This document shows, piece after piece, positions 50,560 through 61,271 of a DNA stretch of 64,000 nucleotides. Numbering within the stretch: position 1 is the stretch's first letter; every line of letters starts with the position of its first letter. The position numbers and the translations under genes are program-made. The DNA lies in IMG/VR virus record IMGVR_UViG_3300009448_000011, positions 41,688-105,687 of that record; one strand, written 5' to 3'. The notes beneath the pieces are model-generated. The model had not been told where the DNA came from. It did no database searches and saw nothing but the letters and a program-made list of their open reading frames with translations. Source of the DNA: a virus.

Positions 50560-51057
50560 ATGAATTTTAATTTTAAAGATACTGTTGAAAAATTATTAAA
50601 TAGAAAAGCTACTAATTTAATAACTAAAGTAGTGGAAGCCCCTATTGAGATTACAGAAACATCAGAAGAAGCATCGACAGAAATAAAAACAGAAGGTGCT
50701 CTTCAAACTGATAACTATCTAACGTTAATAGAATTAATTAAATTAACTTCTCAATCAAGTATAAAAACTCAACCTACCCAAAGTTTATTTACTGCTAAAT
50801 CTGTTTTAATAGTATTTGCTTTTTTATTAACTAGTATTCTTGTTCAGTTAGATAACGCTTTAGCTGATGATGTTTTTTCCTTTAAAGAAGGTATTCAAGT
50901 AGCTATTGCTCTAATTGGGGCCATATCTACAGTAGCTGCTAGAGGTTCTGAAGGAAATACAGGAATATATACCCCTAATTATATGCTTGGTTTAAATAAA
51001 GAAGATTATTCTTCCAATATTTCTGATAATACAAATTCTGAAACTACTTTTTTTTAA
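50560..51057 (+). CDS. Two-TM membrane protein (holin-like)
   Basis: Two hydrophobic helices. Confidence 0.4.
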   Translation: MNFNFKDTVEKLLNRKATNLITKVVEAPIEITETSEEASTEIKTEGALQTDNYLTLIELIKLTSQSSIKTQPTQSLFTAKSVLIVFAFLLTSILVQLDNALADDVFSFKEGIQVAIALIGAISTVAARGSEGNTGIYTPNYMLGLNKEDYSSNISDNTNSETTFF

Positions 51058-51800
51058 TTTTTAATTAATTTAATTTGGCTAAATGCTTTATCTAAATTGT
51101 ATATTTTAAATATAAAATAATCTAAATTTACTAGCCAATCATACACATCTTTTGCTAGCCATATATATTGCGTTTTATATGGCATTATTAACATGTGTTT
51201 TTCTAAATCTTCTTTTATATCTTTTAATTTAACTGTTGTATTTATTTCTTTTAATATTTGTCGTACAGTTACCGCTTTTATAAGATTAGGTTTACTTGAT
51301 AAAGCAAGTCTTTTATAAAAACATAAATGAGGCGTTAAACTAGCATATTTCTCTGAAAAAATATTAGGCGGATAATTTATATATTTATTGATGCTATCTA
51401 AGTAAGGATATAATGTGTCTTTTTGCTCCATATGATATTTGTATAACGTATATTCATATAATAGCTGCGACACCGAAAATAAACTCATTTTACAAAAAAT
51501 ACGATTTATTAACGTATTATTTAATGTTCTATACGCTGCTTTTAGCAGAAATCCTCTCTTTACATACTTCCTGCTCAGCCCTTTTCCTTGTCCTAACACA
51601 TCTATATAACTATTTAAATTGGTAATATATTCTGAGATTGCTTCTCTACTAGAAAAAGTATAATTATGAAAAAATATTATATATTCTTCTTTAGAAGCTA
51701 AATATTTAAATTCTCCTGTGCAATGGCATAGTAAAACAAAATAAGAAACTTCTATAGGTTTTTTATTTATATAAATTTTATAAGTTTTTTCTAAATACAT
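51054..51800 (-). CDS. Hypothetical protein
   Basis: 248-aa ORF. Confidence 0.55.
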   Translation of the reverse strand: MYLEKTYKIYINKKPIEVSYFVLLCHCTGEFKYLASKEEYIIFFHNYTFSSREAISEYITNLNSYIDVLGQGKGLSRKYVKRGFLLKAAYRTLNNTLINRIFCKMSLFSVSQLLYEYTLYKYHMEQKDTLYPYLDSINKYINYPPNIFSEKYASLTPHLCFYKRLALSSKPNLIKAVTVRQILKEINTTVKLKDIKEDLEKHMLIMPYKTQYIWLAKDVYDWLVNLDYFIFKIYNLDKAFSQIKLIKN

Positions 51801-52230
51801 TTGTTTTTTTCTTAAATGCGAATATCGATAATAGCATACAAAGTGAAACTATTAAATTGTATACAAAATGTAATTCCAATCGGGGTAGCAAAAATGATCC
51901 TATACTTATTCGGTCCTTTAAAGGAATTTTGTTTAACCATTGATTTAACAAAATTACATGCTCCAAATAATGATACGTTTGTATCCCTATCCCTACATTC
52001 CACCAAAATTTGTTGGTAACTTTGTAGTAGAAATAATTCATCCCTACCAACATATATATTGCAAAAAAATAATGTAGTAATTCATTTTGTATTAATAACG
52101 GATACTTTAAACCAATTAAACCTAAACAATCAAGTCTAGGCCAGTTTAAAAAGTATAATTGGTATACTTGCGCTAAGTGTTCACAAAAATGAATTAATAC
52201 AATTATTAAAAAAAGAAAATAGGTAAACAT
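51778..52230 (-). CDS. Membrane protein with conserved-looking His motifs
   Basis: HFCEH, ELLH, HYLEH and ELHFVYN within TM segments. Confidence 0.55.
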   Translation of the reverse strand: MFTYFLFLIIVLIHFCEHLAQVYQLYFLNWPRLDCLGLIGLKYPLLIQNELLHYFFAIYMLVGMNYFYYKVTNKFWWNVGIGIQTYHYLEHVILLNQWLNKIPLKDRISIGSFLLPRLELHFVYNLIVSLCMLLSIFAFKKKTNVFRKNL

Positions 52231-53763
52231 TAATTAAAATTTTGTAATAATTGTTCTATCTGTTTAGCCAAATCTTTTAACTCAGCCCTAGATAATTCTT
52301 GTCTGGGTTTTTTGGGTACATGCGTTACTTCTTTACGCTCTACAGGAATAACGTCTGTCATTCCTATAGTATATAACCAAGTATTTAAACATCTTTTATC
52401 ATATTTAACATTAACTTCTAACCCTAAACGAGCGGCTTCTAACTTTGCTTGACGCATAGTTATTTTTTTAACTTTTTTGTTTTTTTTCATCTGTAATTCT
52501 AAGTATTTAATTAGTTTAAAATTAAAAATCTTTATAGCAAAATTGTTATAAAGATTTTTGAAGTCTATGTATATTTTTTTAATCTAGAACATTTCAAGCG
52601 AATTATCTAGCATATACTCTAGGGAGGCATTACTTGCTTCTGCAACAACTTCTAACTCTAACGAATTTAATCCTAAAGATATTACTGAAGCATTTTGTAC
52701 ATCTATGAAAGAATTAGAACTTTCTGTAACAGTAGTATAACTATCATTAGATACTCCTTCCATATTGTTTACTGCGTTTAAAAAAGCTTCTTCAAAAGAA
52801 GTGCCTTCACTATTTTCTAGTACATTATTATTAATATTTTGTAAATTAGAATTAATAAGATTATTAATACTATTCACTACATTTACTTGTTGAGTAGTAA
52901 TTTGTTCTAATGTATTTTCATACAATTCATTGAAATTATTACTTAACCCATAATCTATATTAGGCGGTATATCCATATCAGGATTAATTATACAACTCAT
53001 TATGTTTTTAATTTAATATTTTTAATTATTTAAGCGTAGTTATTATGTTTAAAAAAAAAACACATAACGTATTTGTTTGGTGTAAGTATTTCACTTAAGA
53101 ATCAAAAATAGTATCAAAATTTTGATTAACACTTACTACAGGGGGTACTTTTTGAGGTGTAACAATATCGGCAATTTCGTAGTCATCCAAAAAATCCCCG
53201 ACAATTGTATCAACAATTAAATCTTTTGTATTTTTAAATTTATTTAAATTTACCCTTAGATTTTTTGTTTTTTTTAATAAGGTCATTAAAGTTTGTTTTT
53301 CTTCATCAGAAACATAAGTATTAAAAATAAATACAAGAGTAGTAAATAGAACTAGGTAAGGATGATCCAAAGTGAATAACAAAAATCCGGAGGCTAGCAA
53401 ATATTTAAGTATATTTTTCATTTAAATTTTTAATATGTGGGTTGGGTTTCAATCCAATCTTTAGTGTAGGAAGCCAAAATTAAGTCTTGTTGAACAAAAG
53501 TATAGCCTTGTATATTTTCTACAATGAATATATGTTTACGTTTAAAAAAAGTAACAAGATTTTCTCCAAACATAAGTTCACCAATTAAGTAGTTTTTAAC
53601 ACTACCGTTAAATTGGCCAAAATAATAAAGATAAGAAGAAGGTTCTGCTGAATTTTTTGTAGTGGAACTACCTGAAAAAAACTGACAATATTGTTTTTTA
53701 AAAATTCTATATAGTTTTTGTTCAAGTAGAATACTAGGAGTAAGGGAGGTTATTTTGTTTAAT

Positions 53764-54132
53764 TTAAACTTCTGCGTCATAAAAAGCGTTTTTAAAAATA
53801 GAATAAGCTTGATTTAAAATTGCAAAAGCATTAGGGTGCCCATCCCTATCAGGATGAAATGTTTTAGATAAAGTTTTATACTTTTGTTTTATAGTAAATA
53901 AAGAATCGTTACTAGAAAAGTTTAAAATTTTTATTGCTTTAGTAGCAGCTACTACAGGATCATCCCCAAAATATTCTTCTGGTAATATGTTAATCCATTC
54001 TGATTGGGGGCCTAAAATTTTACTAATATTCTTAAAAGAACTTTTTTTATATATAGGGGCTCCTTTACCAGTAGTAAGATAGATAATAGTTTTTTTAAAT
54101 CTTCGATCTAATAATTTAATGTTTATGTTCAT
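53764..54132 (-). CDS. DnaJ J-domain protein
   Basis: IKQKYKTLSKTFHPDRDG..FAILNQAY. Confidence 0.8.
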   Translation of the reverse strand: MNINIKLLDRRFKKTIIYLTTGKGAPIYKKSSFKNISKILGPQSEWINILPEEYFGDDPVVAATKAIKILNFSSNDSLFTIKQKYKTLSKTFHPDRDGHPNAFAILNQAYSIFKNAFYDAEV

Positions 54133-54158
54133 TTGTAAGTGTGGGTGTAAAATAGGGG

Positions 54159-55052
54159 TTAAAAAGTAGATATTATTTTATCTATAGTTTTTTCATGAGA
54201 CTGAATTAAACATTTAGCATCTAGAGTTAAATGTTCAAAATTCCGATAAGATACATCATCAATATCATCATTTGCATGTAGTAACTGAGTATCCAAATTA
54301 TAGTAAGTTAAGCTTTCATTAGAGTACAACATAGTAGTAATATTAGTTTGGCCACTAGTAAAAATATTAAAACAAGGTCCAATCCATTTATAAGGATTAG
54401 ATCCTTTTATAAAATCATAATTTCGAGTAGTTATTCCTGTGCCAATATCCACAATAGCCAAGTCTTGCAATTTAATATTTTTATTGAGAGCCAATTTAAT
54501 ACCTATAGAGGTAGGATTATTAGCACAAAAAGCACCATCAATTAAGATCATATTGTGATAGACGTAAGGATCCCAATATATAGGAGCGGCACTAGAAGCA
54601 ATAACACTATCAACTAGATTAAAATCGTTCACCAAGAAATATTTCTCATTATTTTCATATTCTAATGTATTAAAAATAACTGCCTTACTATTTTTAATAT
54701 CATAAGAAGTAGCTGCAAAATCAAAATTAATTACAGAAGTTTTATTTTGGAGCAATAAATTTAAAGCTTCTATTTTTTTAGAAGTATTATACAAAGAAGT
54801 TGCAAAGCCGCCTAAATTAAATTTATTAGGATAAAACAAAGAATGTTTTAGTGTATGTCTAAATATGTCACCAATATACCATGCGGGTAAATTGTCTAAT
54901 AATAATCCAATCAAAGCACCACTACTTGTTCCCACTATTAAATCAAACATGTCAGATATCTTTTTACCTGATGTTTTCTCAATATAGGCTAATACTTCTA
55001 AAGTTAAATATCCTCTAGAACCTCCCCCACTTAATGCTAATATTTTGTACAT
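54159..55052 (-). CDS. Patatin-like phospholipase
   Basis: LSGGGSRG, GTSSG, ASSAAP, IDGA..ANNP. Confidence 0.9.
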   Translation of the reverse strand: MYKILALSGGGSRGYLTLEVLAYIEKTSGKKISDMFDLIVGTSSGALIGLLLDNLPAWYIGDIFRHTLKHSLFYPNKFNLGGFATSLYNTSKKIEALNLLLQNKTSVINFDFAATSYDIKNSKAVIFNTLEYENNEKYFLVNDFNLVDSVIASSAAPIYWDPYVYHNMILIDGAFCANNPTSIGIKLALNKNIKLQDLAIVDIGTGITTRNYDFIKGSNPYKWIGPCFNIFTSGQTNITTMLYSNESLTYYNLDTQLLHANDDIDDVSYRNFEHLTLDAKCLIQSHEKTIDKIISTF

Positions 55053-55732
55053 AGTTTTGTGTGTTAATTAAAAATCAATTCCAAAGATTGAGATAGAATT
55101 TAGAAAAGAGAGAGAGACCACGTTTACATCGAGACAAATTTAGTTTATCTTGTAGAAAAGCTTTTTTATATAATTCTTCATCAGTATAAATAAGGTCAAT
55201 AGTTTTAAAGACAAAAGAAGAAGGGAGAGAAGAAGGGAGAGAATTAAATTGTACATCTGCAATATAGTGAGAAGAGACAGAGGGATATCCGCGTTCTATA
55301 TAACTAAAAGTCCAGACTAATTCTTCTAAAAGTTCATTCCAAGCATAACTATCTTCTAACTCAGAAGGATAACTATAATTATCCACCCAATTTTTTAAAT
55401 ATAATAAACGGGGTAAAATATACCTAGCAAAATGAATATCTAAAGCCCAACATTGTTCTTCTAGTTCAGGTATCATTAAGTGGATCTCCGTTAATATTTA
55501 CTACAGTATATTTTTGTTTTAAACAAAGGCGAAAAGTTTCCAATCCTCTTGAAGCTCCTGTAATATTCAAATCAGGAACAAAACACTTAGAAGTAGTATA
55601 CAATTTCCAAGAACCCAAGTTTTCTAAGGTAGGTTCAAAGACAAATAACTCAATAGTTCCTTCTTCAGATCGTTTCCATTGAACTTTGTTTTTAATCATG
55701 GATTTTAATTAAGGGTTAATGTATTAAAAATA

Positions 55733-56062
55733 TCACATCAAATATTTAATATTATATTCAAGGATGAGCCACATTTTTTGGATATAATTTGCATTAATAT
55801 ATTCTTCAGTCCAAGTCAACAAATTACCAAATTGTTGTTTTAATTTAGGGGAAGCGTTTAAAGCATTAAAATTAGAAGTAGTAAAGTAACAATTTCCAGG
55901 TTCACCCCAATAGATAGAATGTTTACTACAAAACCTGCAACTTCCTTTAAGAAAATAAATACACAAACAATTAGAAAAAACTCTAATTGCAATTACTTCT
56001 TTACCTGTTTCTTGTGAAATAGTTAAAGCTAGTGCATTAACTAATTTAAATATTTTAGTCAT
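55733..56062 (-). CDS. Hypothetical protein resembling the ORF-A N-terminal domain
   Basis: IAIRVFSNCLCIYFLKGSCRFCSKH compared with IEIWAKVLYLRMKKGKNKFCSKK. Confidence 0.5.
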   Translation of the reverse strand: MTKIFKLVNALALTISQETGKEVIAIRVFSNCLCIYFLKGSCRFCSKHSIYWGEPGNCYFTTSNFNALNASPKLKQQFGNLLTWTEEYINANYIQKMWLILEYNIKYLM

Positions 56063-56140
56063 TTTATTAATTTATATAAATATAAAAAATATCTGTGTAT
56101 GTAAAAGTAATATACAGATATTAAAAGAGGAGAAATTAAA

Positions 56141-56362
56141 TTAAAATAAAGTTGATTTTAGAATAGAAGCAAAGGTGTGATCTTTGTAAGCGAGGTGTAC
56201 AAAAAGATCTTTACAGAGATCTATTGCTTGTTCTCGAGAGAGTAAATTTGCGGATTCAATTTGTTGTCTAATCATAAAAGATTTATGTAGAGATAATTTT
56301 GCAATTATTTGATTACGACTTTCATCATTAGAAGGTGAATTTAAATTTGGGGGTTGTAACAT
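56141..56362 (-). CDS. nblA: Phycobilisome degradation protein NblA
   Basis: LSLHKSFMIR...LSREQAIDLCKDLF.HL..KD..F..ILK follows the NblA pattern. Confidence 0.8.
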   Translation of the reverse strand: MLQPPNLNSPSNDESRNQIIAKLSLHKSFMIRQQIESANLLSREQAIDLCKDLFVHLAYKDHTFASILKSTLF

Positions 56363-56377
56363 AGAGAGTGAGTGAGT

Positions 56378-57223
56378 TTAAATAAGAAATAATTTAATTT
56401 CTGCTTTGCGTCTATTAACTAAACCTTGTAGAATTTTATTATTGCCACCTTTAGTCCACATTAAAAAACAATCAGCAGCGACAGAATAATTTTTATTATT
56501 TAATTCTTTTAATAAAGTAGATCTTACAAAATTTGCGACACCAATATTGTAAATTAAAGAAGTTAAAGCATCAAACATTCCTTGTGTAATAGGAACGGAA
56601 ACATAGAGCTTAAGTGCGGATTCAAACTGAGCTAAATCAGCTTTAAAATAGAGATCAGCTTGTTGTGTAGTAATAATGGAGCCTAACTTAACAGGGGCAC
56701 CATTAATACGAGTAGTACCATAACCAATAGTAATAGGAAGTCCATCAAAAGAGCCGGGATCCTTATAAGCTTTTAAACTTAAGCCTTCAAAAAAGTGCAT
56801 TAATTTGAGGCCTGGAAGTTGGATAGAATAAGTAGAAACAGGGTTATAAATACTAACTGGAAGTAAAGGGGGCAAAGTAAAAAGAGAGAGGTAAGGAGAA
56901 TTATGTAAAGGAAGAGGAGGTAAATTTCCAATTACTCTACTAATGGAGTCTAGAGAATAATCAATGGAATGAAGTTCCTCAAAATGTTTAGTTAATCTTG
57001 CTAGTAATAAAGAGAGACAAAGAAGTCTTTGTTCTAGAACAGGTTTAATGCCCACTACATTATTATAAGTAGCATCTAAGGGAGGTTTAGGGGGAAGTGC
57101 AGATACTGTACGAAGAGCGGCGTCTAATGTAATATCTAAAGGTTGTGTTAAATTAGAGGCATTTTTTTTCAAATAAGAAATAGCTAGTGTTCTATAAATA
57201 TTCAAATCTTTCATTTTTTTCAA
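56378..57223 (-). CDS. GH24 lysozyme (endolysin)
   Basis: FEGLSLKAYKD, TIGYGTT, FDALTSLIYNIG, GLVNRRKAE. Confidence 0.92.
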   Translation of the reverse strand: MKKMKDLNIYRTLAISYLKKNASNLTQPLDITLDAALRTVSALPPKPPLDATYNNVVGIKPVLEQRLLCLSLLLARLTKHFEELHSIDYSLDSISRVIGNLPPLPLHNSPYLSLFTLPPLLPVSIYNPVSTYSIQLPGLKLMHFFEGLSLKAYKDPGSFDGLPITIGYGTTRINGAPVKLGSIITTQQADLYFKADLAQFESALKLYVSVPITQGMFDALTSLIYNIGVANFVRSTLLKELNNKNYSVAADCFLMWTKGGNNKILQGLVNRRKAEIKLFLI

Positions 57224-57902
57224 TTACCTTGACATAAGTAGTGGATATATATTATATCAAGATAACAAAAAAAAGGATTAAACAATAATCAAAGAAGAAT
57301 CCTGACAAAGTTTTTGAACAATCAATTTAGGAGTAATAGAGTTATGTGGGTTGGGTTTCAATTCAGGAGAATTCAAAAAATGAATTCTATCGGCCCAACT
57401 TTTAATAAAATAACTTTTAATAGTAGTATTAATACCGACATTAATTAATTTCAAATAATGAGTTTTAGAGATATAGGCACAATCCATAGATAATTCCAAA
57501 GAATGACCTACAGTAATTTGATCAATAATGTCATGTTGAGAAACAATAGAGCCATCAGGGTTAAATTTATAGCTAATTTCAAGAATCAAACGTTCTTCTT
57601 TAACATCAGGATATAAGCTAAGTTTAGTAACAGTAGAAGTAGTGTTGTTTAAATTAATTAAATTAACAGCCAACCTAACAGAGCCATATTTTAAGGGAAC
57701 GTCATTAATTAAAACACCAGTGCGTTCTGCTTGTTTTTGTCTTTCAATATGACATGCAACTTTGGATAAAACTATTCCTTGAGCAATAAACTTCATAATT
57801 ATTTTTCCTATATAAATTAAGTTAATTATGTTTCGACTTAAAAAAAGAAAAGATATTATTTCGAAATAATATCTTTTATTAAGTAGTAATGTGTGAGTTG
57901 AA

Positions 57903-58679
57903 TTAGAAACGAAGACCTACAAAACCAGTAATAACAGGGTTAGAGGAATTAGAACCCGAGAGAGGAAGTTTAAGATCAAGACCAGTAACAGTATTTTTAG
58001 AGAGATTAAGATCTAAGCCAGCATTAAGAATAGGAACAACATCACTAGAGCCAGTTAATTGACCGCCATTATTCCAATTAGCAGCAGAGCCAGCACCAGC
58101 ATAGACACTAAAAGTATCAGATAGAGAGGCATCAATAGTAGCAGAAACACCTGCAGTAGAATCAGACATAACAAAAGGACGAACTGAAATACTAAAAGTA
58201 TCTGACAAGGAAACTACTTGAAATTTACCTAAAAGGTGTACATTAGAGACGTCGTCAGAATTTTCATTAGAGACGCCGTAGCCTAGACCTAAAGCAAGAT
58301 AGTTATTATTTTGAACAAGAGATTTTGCTTTAATTTGATCAATTTCAGTTAAAGCTTGCATAAGAACAATTTGCTGATTTACTAGTTCTTCATACAACAA
58401 ATTATTTTCTAATGTAATAGATTCTAATACTTTAGCTTCTAAGAGATCTAAACCTTGAAGTAAAGAGTGAGCATATTCTTGACGAGTAAGGGTAGAAGAA
58501 GGGCGAAAAGAGCCGTCGGGATAACCGGACATAATACCGAGATCAAGAAGAGTTTGAACGCTTTCTTTGGACCAAGGAGCAATGTGAGAGTCATCAGTAT
58601 AAGGAGTAGCGCCAGAAGGAGCAGCAAAACTAAGAATTAAAGCAACAGTAGATAAAGAGGCAAAAATTTGATTACGCAT
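57903..58679 (-). CDS. SLH-domain outer-membrane beta-barrel protein
   Basis: Signal peptide, SLH motif GIMSGYPDGSFRP..LTRQE, coiled coil, beta-strands ending GLRF. Confidence 0.8.
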   Translation of the reverse strand: MRNQIFASLSTVALILSFAAPSGATPYTDDSHIAPWSKESVQTLLDLGIMSGYPDGSFRPSSTLTRQEYAHSLLQGLDLLEAKVLESITLENNLLYEELVNQQIVLMQALTEIDQIKAKSLVQNNNYLALGLGYGVSNENSDDVSNVHLLGKFQVVSLSDTFSISVRPFVMSDSTAGVSATIDASLSDTFSVYAGAGSAANWNNGGQLTGSSDVVPILNAGLDLNLSKNTVTGLDLKLPLSGSNSSNPVITGFVGLRF

Positions 58680-58759
58680 AATAATAATAAGTATAAGTAT
58701 ATGTATTAAATCAATTAAAGGAATTAAATCAATTAAAGGAATTAAAGGAATTAAAGAAA

Positions 58760-59455
58760 TTAAGAAGGATAATCGTGTTGTAATTTATCGTAGAGATATT
58801 GAAAAATCAAATGAGGAGAATCCACAAAAAGTTGTTGAGTAGAAGGGTCTGCCAAATACATTTCGAGAAAGACATTATCTTCTAAAAAAGAATGAGGAAG
58901 AAGGGGAGAAGGCCAAAGTTTAATATAGGAACCAGATTTATAGCCATGATGTTGTCTAAAAAGATTCAAAACATTTTTACTAACATACATTTTAAAAATA
59001 GAATCATGAGAAAGATTCAAATGAGTACAAAGGGAGGCCAAGAGAGACAAATAGGAAGGATCACGTTGTAAAAGAGAAAGAACGAAAGATTCTGTAGAAA
59101 GAAGAATAGAATGTGTAGAGAGAGGAGAAGGAGAGAGAGGAGAAGGATGAAGATAGAAATGTTGATAAAAATCCTGAGCAGCATTAAGTCTAAGGCCCAA
59201 ATATTGATCTTCAATATATTTAGACAAAATAAAATGAATAATATCAAGACATTCAATTTGAGCTTGAGGTAAGTTAAAAGAGTGTTGTTTCCACCATTTA
59301 TAGCCAACATGATCGACCAATTCTGCACATTCAACCCAAGCTGCTCTAAGCCAATCATGACTGTTATCTTTCCAATTAGGATCAACAATAGAATTCAAAT
59401 TTTCTTGCAAAAGAAACATTGTCTGTACTTGTTGAAATTCTTTTATATTTTGCAT
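58760..59455 (-). CDS. Dimeric (all-alpha) dUTPase
   Basis: ECAELVDHVGYKWWK, ECLDIIHF, KNVLNLFRQHHGY, EDN. Confidence 0.88.
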   Translation of the reverse strand: MQNIKEFQQVQTMFLLQENLNSIVDPNWKDNSHDWLRAAWVECAELVDHVGYKWWKQHSFNLPQAQIECLDIIHFILSKYIEDQYLGLRLNAAQDFYQHFYLHPSPLSPSPLSTHSILLSTESFVLSLLQRDPSYLSLLASLCTHLNLSHDSIFKMYVSKNVLNLFRQHHGYKSGSYIKLWPSPLLPHSFLEDNVFLEMYLADPSTQQLFVDSPHLIFQYLYDKLQHDYPS

Positions 59456-59637
59456 TAATTTTTGATTTAAAGAAGGAGTAAGAGAGAAAGAAGGGCCAAG
59501 AGATTAAAATAGTTCATTAGGGCCATGCTGATTAAACCTATTGAGCTCATTACGATAAGAGATCAAAGATTGACGTTGAGAAATCAAATTAGAGATAACA
59601 ATTTGTTGAGAGTCAATGAGACGTTGAAGATCGCCGA

Positions 59638-60258
59638 CTATATGAGCCATGTTATAGGATGGTGGTAAAGAGGAAAGAATGTGTCTAAACTGTTTGATGT
59701 TTTCTTTAGCCATTGTTTAAATTTAGAAATATTTATTATTTTTTTAAAAGTAGAAGAACTTGCTTTAAGAGTACGAATCAAGACATACATTACAAAATGT
59801 TTAATATTTTGTACAGAACGACCTTGTTTGTTCCAAAAAGGAATAGAGTGCAATTTACGAAGAACGCCCATGCCTTTAAAAGAGGAACGAAAAGTTTTAA
59901 TATACTTACACAATCTACGTTGTAATGTAGAGATTTCGGTATGAAGAAGGCGAGGAATATAGACCAAGTTAGAGGAAGAATTATCCAAAGTATTGCCATT
60001 CAAGTGATGAATTTCGACTTCAGAGCTATCACAAACAAAGCCACGTTTAAGGGCATGAACACCGCCACAATGAAAGAAGGCAACAATTTGGTGGTAATAG
60101 ACCAAGTAGCCATTATTTTTAATATTAAAAGAAAAAAAGCCAGAAGAAAGCAACCAAGATTTAAGAGGTAAATTTTGTTTTAAATTAAGGTTAAAGGCCT
60201 TATAGCGTTGGGGCCATTTACCAATTAAAGAAGAGTGAAAAGAGTGTAATTCTTGCAT
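59638..60258 (-). CDS. HNH endonuclease (copy 2; start moved to 60258)
   Basis: YHQIVA...EIHHLNGNTLDNSSSNL; similar to 13906-14508. Confidence 0.85.
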   Translation of the reverse strand: MQELHSFHSSLIGKWPQRYKAFNLNLKQNLPLKSWLLSSGFFSFNIKNNGYLVYYHQIVAFFHCGGVHALKRGFVCDSSEVEIHHLNGNTLDNSSSNLVYIPRLLHTEISTLQRRLCKYIKTFRSSFKGMGVLRKLHSIPFWNKQGRSVQNIKHFVMYVLIRTLKASSSTFKKIINISKFKQWLKKTSNSLDTFFPLYHHPITWLI

Positions 60259-60307
60259 TATTATACAATTAGGAGATAGGAAAAAGAGGAGGAAAAAAAA
60301 GCATCTA

Positions 60308-60419
60308 TTGCCTTTGACACAAAATGCTACCATTTAACAGATGATTTAATTTAGGGAGAGGATTAGACAAAAGAAAACACCTGTTGCCTTTGACACAAAA
60401 TGCTACCATTTAACAGATG
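60308..60419. repeat. Exact 36-nt direct repeat x2 separated by 40 nt
   Basis: ttgcctttgacacaaaatgctaccatttaacagatg at 60308 and 60384. Confidence 0.9.
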
Positions 60420-60752
60420 TTTTAATTTAATTTACCCATACTTATTTTTGACACAAGTGTGAGCAAAGCCTCAATATTTTTTTACTAACCGGGAAAAGAT
60501 TAACGTCTGGTGTAAGTAAGAGTACTTATCTTTATTTTATACTTTTAAGTAATTGAGCCAAGGGAACAAAAACAAAATGAAAGACCAACGGGTTAGGCCG
60601 GATTTGTATCCCCCTCGTGTTAAAAATCTTAGAACGAATCTAGATTTAGAGTAGGGCCACCACTTAACTAATAATCAAGTTAAGATTCGTCAACCGACAT
60701 AAATATATAATAACACAAAGAAATTAAAAAAGCAAAGAAGAATAATTTATGT

Positions 60753-61217
60753 TTAAGGAAGAATATAGATGGGATCAAAATAAGTAACAAAAGAAGAAAA
60801 CTCTAAAATATCGGATGGAGACATACGAACACAACCGCCCAAACTTTCTTGTTGAGAAAGGGAAATAGAAGGAGTAGGAGTTTGATGAAAGCCAATATGA
60901 ATACCTTGTGTAGTAGTAAGAATACCGATCCAAATAGGACCTAGAGGATGAGAATTTTTTTCAAATATTTGTTTAGTAAAAGGATTTTGCCATGTAAAGC
61001 CGTGAGTATACTTAGTTAAAACAAAAAAAGGACCACCAAGAGGAGTAGGATGAGTTTTATTTCCTGTAGCTACAGGCCAACATTTATCAGCTTTAGTACT
61101 ACAGACTACTTTTGAAGTTAAATGTAAATAGATAGAGTTAATGTTTTGATTTTGAGCAGAGGCAGGAGAAACATAAAGGGGTAAAAGAAGAAGAAGTAAA
61201 ATAAATAATTTTTTCAT
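60753..61217 (-). CDS. L,D-transpeptidase (YkuD) family protein
   Basis: Signal peptide, PVATG..PTP.G, PLGPIWI, GFHQT...GGCVRM. Confidence 0.82.
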   Translation of the reverse strand: MKKLFILLLLLLPLYVSPASAQNQNINSIYLHLTSKVVCSTKADKCWPVATGNKTHPTPLGGPFFVLTKYTHGFTWQNPFTKQIFEKNSHPLGPIWIGILTTTQGIHIGFHQTPTPSISLSQQESLGGCVRMSPSDILEFSSFVTYFDPIYILP

Positions 61218-61271
61218 TTAAGGTTAAGTTTAAGATTTAAACTTGAGGTGTGGAGTATGTGACAAGAGGAG

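Noticed and set aside
60308-60419. CRISPR array call
   Set aside because: There are only two units, similarity continues imperfectly beyond the 36 nt on both sides, and no cas genes are in the window. It is kept only as an unexplained repeat.
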